In this document: positions 62,311-64,000 of the stretch, in pieces | How the letters are laid out: each line of letters begins with the position of its first letter | Numbering within the stretch: the stretch's first letter is position 1 | Origin: an uncultured Methylomirabilota bacterium | Lineage (GTDB): Bacteria > Methylomirabilota > Methylomirabilia > Methylomirabilales > 2-02-FULL-66-22 | Length of the DNA: 64,000 nucleotides | NCBI GenBank assembly: GCA_963705305.1 | Contig: OY970067.1 | Location: 2,624,001-2,688,000 of the forward strand | Direction of reading: 5' to 3' | Notes under the pieces: generated by a model | What the model saw: only the letters and a program-made list of their open reading frames with translations | Told to the model about the DNA's origin: nothing | Database searches by the model: none | Translations under genes and position numbers: made by a program

Positions 62311-63501
62311 ATGGCCAAGCTCTCCATCAGCGACGTCGATCTCCGCGGGAAGCGACTTCTCGTCCGGGTGGATTTCAACGTCCCCCTGAACGACAAGCAG
62401 GAGGTCACCGACGACACGCGCATCCGGGCGCCGCTCCCCACCATCCGGTATGCGATGGAGCACGGCGCAAAAGTGCTGCTGCTCTCGCACCTCGGCCGGC
62501 CCAAGGGAAAGGTCGTCCCGGCCCTCAGCCTGGCACCCGTCGCCCGGCGGCTCTCCCAGCTGCTCAAGAAGCCGGTGGGGATGGCCCCCGACTGCATCGG
62601 GCCGGAGGCCCGGAAGGCCGCGGCCGCCCTGGCGCCGGGCGAGGTGCTGGTGCTGGAGAATTGCCGCTTCCACGACGGGGACGAGAAGAACGACGAGGCG
62701 ATGAGCCGGGCGCTGGCCGAGCTGTGCGATGTGTTCGTCAACGACGCCTTCGGAGCCGCGCATCGCGCCCACGCCTCCACGGTCGGCGTTACCAAGTTCG
62801 TGCCCGTCGCGGCCGCCGGATTCCTGATGGCGAAAGAGCTCGAATACCTCGGCCGGGCCATGACGGATCCGGCCCGGCCCTTCGTGGCGGTTCTGGGCGG
62901 GGCCAAGGTGTCCGACAAGATCGGGGTGCTGAAGAGCCTGGTGTCGAAGGTGGACGCGCTGCTGGTGGGCGGCGGCATGGCGTACACCTTCCTGAAGGCC
63001 CAGGGGATGGAGGTGGGCCAGTCGCTCCTGGAGGCGGACAAGCTGGACGTGGCCAAGGGCGTCTTGGAGCAGGCGCGGGCCAAGGGGGCGACCTTCCTGC
63101 TGCCCATGGACCACGTCGTGGCCCAGCGCGTCGAGGCCTCGGCTGCCACGCAGCTTGCCGACAGCACCGCCATTCCGGCCGGCTGGATGGGGCTGGACAT
63201 CGGCCCCAAGGCCCGCGACGCCTTCGCCAAGGTGATCCGGGGCTCCAAGACTGTGGTCTGGAACGGGCCCATGGGGGTCTTCGAGCTGGCGCCCTTCCGC
63301 GAGGGGACCTTCGCCGTGGCGCGGGCGATCGCCGAATCCAAGGCCACCTCCATCGTCGGGGGCGGGGACTCGGTGGCGGCCGTGACCCAGGCCGGCCTGG
63401 CGGATAAGATGACCCACATCTCGACGGGTGGCGGGGCCTCGCTGGAGTTCCTGGAGGGCATCGAGCTGCCCGGGGTAGCCGCTCTCACGGAGAAACGGTG
63501 A
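62311..63501 (+). CDS. pgk: Phosphoglycerate kinase
   Basis: RVDFNVP, SHLGRP, DAFGAAHRAHAS, HISTGGGASLE. Confidence 0.98.
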   Translation: MAKLSISDVDLRGKRLLVRVDFNVPLNDKQEVTDDTRIRAPLPTIRYAMEHGAKVLLLSHLGRPKGKVVPALSLAPVARRLSQLLKKPVGMAPDCIGPEARKAAAALAPGEVLVLENCRFHDGDEKNDEAMSRALAELCDVFVNDAFGAAHRAHASTVGVTKFVPVAAAGFLMAKELEYLGRAMTDPARPFVAVLGGAKVSDKIGVLKSLVSKVDALLVGGGMAYTFLKAQGMEVGQSLLEADKLDVAKGVLEQARAKGATFLLPMDHVVAQRVEASAATQLADSTAIPAGWMGLDIGPKARDAFAKVIRGSKTVVWNGPMGVFELAPFREGTFAVARAIAESKATSIVGGGDSVAAVTQAGLADKMTHISTGGGASLEFLEGIELPGVAALTEKR

Positions 63502-63507
63502 ACGAGT

Positions 63508-63584
63508 TGAAAATGGAAAACTGACAACCGACAGCCGGTCAATCAGAGGCGATGGCCGGTTGTCAGTTGTCCGCTGTCGGTTTT
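63508..63584. repeat. Inverted heptamer-periodic repeat between pgk and tpiA
   Basis: TGAAAAT-GGAAAAC-TGACAAC-CGACAGC then GTTGTCA-GTTGTCC-GCTGTCG-GTTTT. Confidence 0.7.
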
Positions 63585-63664
63585 ACCTTGGATCGGGTCT
63601 TTGGTGCCGGTCGGCGAGGAAGAGAGCCAACCGACAGATCCTCCATCGCCCCACAGGAGAACGC

Positions 63665-64000
63665 ATGCGCACGCCCATCATTGCCGGCAACTGGAAGATG
63701 TACAAGACGGCCCGCCAGGCCGCGGAGGCGATCCACAGGCTCCGCGATCTGGTGCGGGGCGTGACGGGCGTGGAGATCGTCGTCTGCCCGCCCTTTCCGG
63801 CCCTGGCGGCGGCCGTGGATGCGGCGCGGGGCTCCGAGATTGCCATCGGAGCGCAGGATTGTTTCTGGGAGAAGGAGGGGGCGTTCACCGGCGAGGTGTC
63901 GGTTCCCATGCTGGCCGATCTGGGGTGCCGCTCCGTCATCGTGGGCCACTCGGAGCGGCGGCAGTATTTCGGGGAGACAGACGCCACGGTGCAGAAGAAA
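63665..64000 (+). CDS. tpiA: Triosephosphate isomerase, N-terminal part (runs off window)
   Basis: MRTPIIAGNWKMYKT, GAFTGEVS, GHSERR; RBS AGGAG; not in the ORF track because it has no stop in the window. Confidence 0.97.
   Translation, partial: MRTPIIAGNWKMYKTARQAAEAIHRLRDLVRGVTGVEIVVCPPFPALAAAVDAARGSEIAIGAQDCFWEKEGAFTGEVSVPMLADLGCRSVIVGHSERRQYFGETDATVQKK

Overview
High-GC bacterial chromosomal segment; the pilB-pilT-pilC-pilS-pilR gene order resembles Deltaproteobacteria/Nitrospirota/Methylomirabilota, but taxonomy is inference only. Contents in order: (1) alpha-glucan cluster (GH63-like glucosidase, debranching enzyme, ROK kinase, Tat-exported MBL hydrolase); (2) a Zn-ribbon/PilZ protein behind a structured leader; (3) GntR regulator, polar amino acid ABC transporter and two class III aminotransferases; (4) an ~18 kb type IVa pilus locus (pilB, frameshifted pilT, pilC, pilS, pilR, an O-antigen-ligase-like transferase, two tandem pilins). 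It ends in a translationally coupled operon: ABC ATPase, permease, TPR protein, TMTC-like GT-C transferase, polyprenol-phosphate-sugar synthase/methyltransferase fusion, then pilD; (5) glnD, moeB/thiF and a sigma54/NtrC-type amtB; (6) an aspartate racemase/ABC operon whose last permease gene appears to have had its 3' end replaced by a lower-GC DAACS-symporter insertion bounded by 157-bp direct repeats; (7) Rrf2, radical SAM fusion, rng, fic, rplU-rpmA-obgE-proB-proA-nadD-rsfS, a DksA-like gene, a repeat-containing Ser/Thr kinase, decayed comF and gap-pgk-tpiA. The best novel-system candidate is a pilin glycosylation module built around the TMTC-like enzyme. No rRNA, tRNA, CRISPR array, integrase or transposase was recognised.
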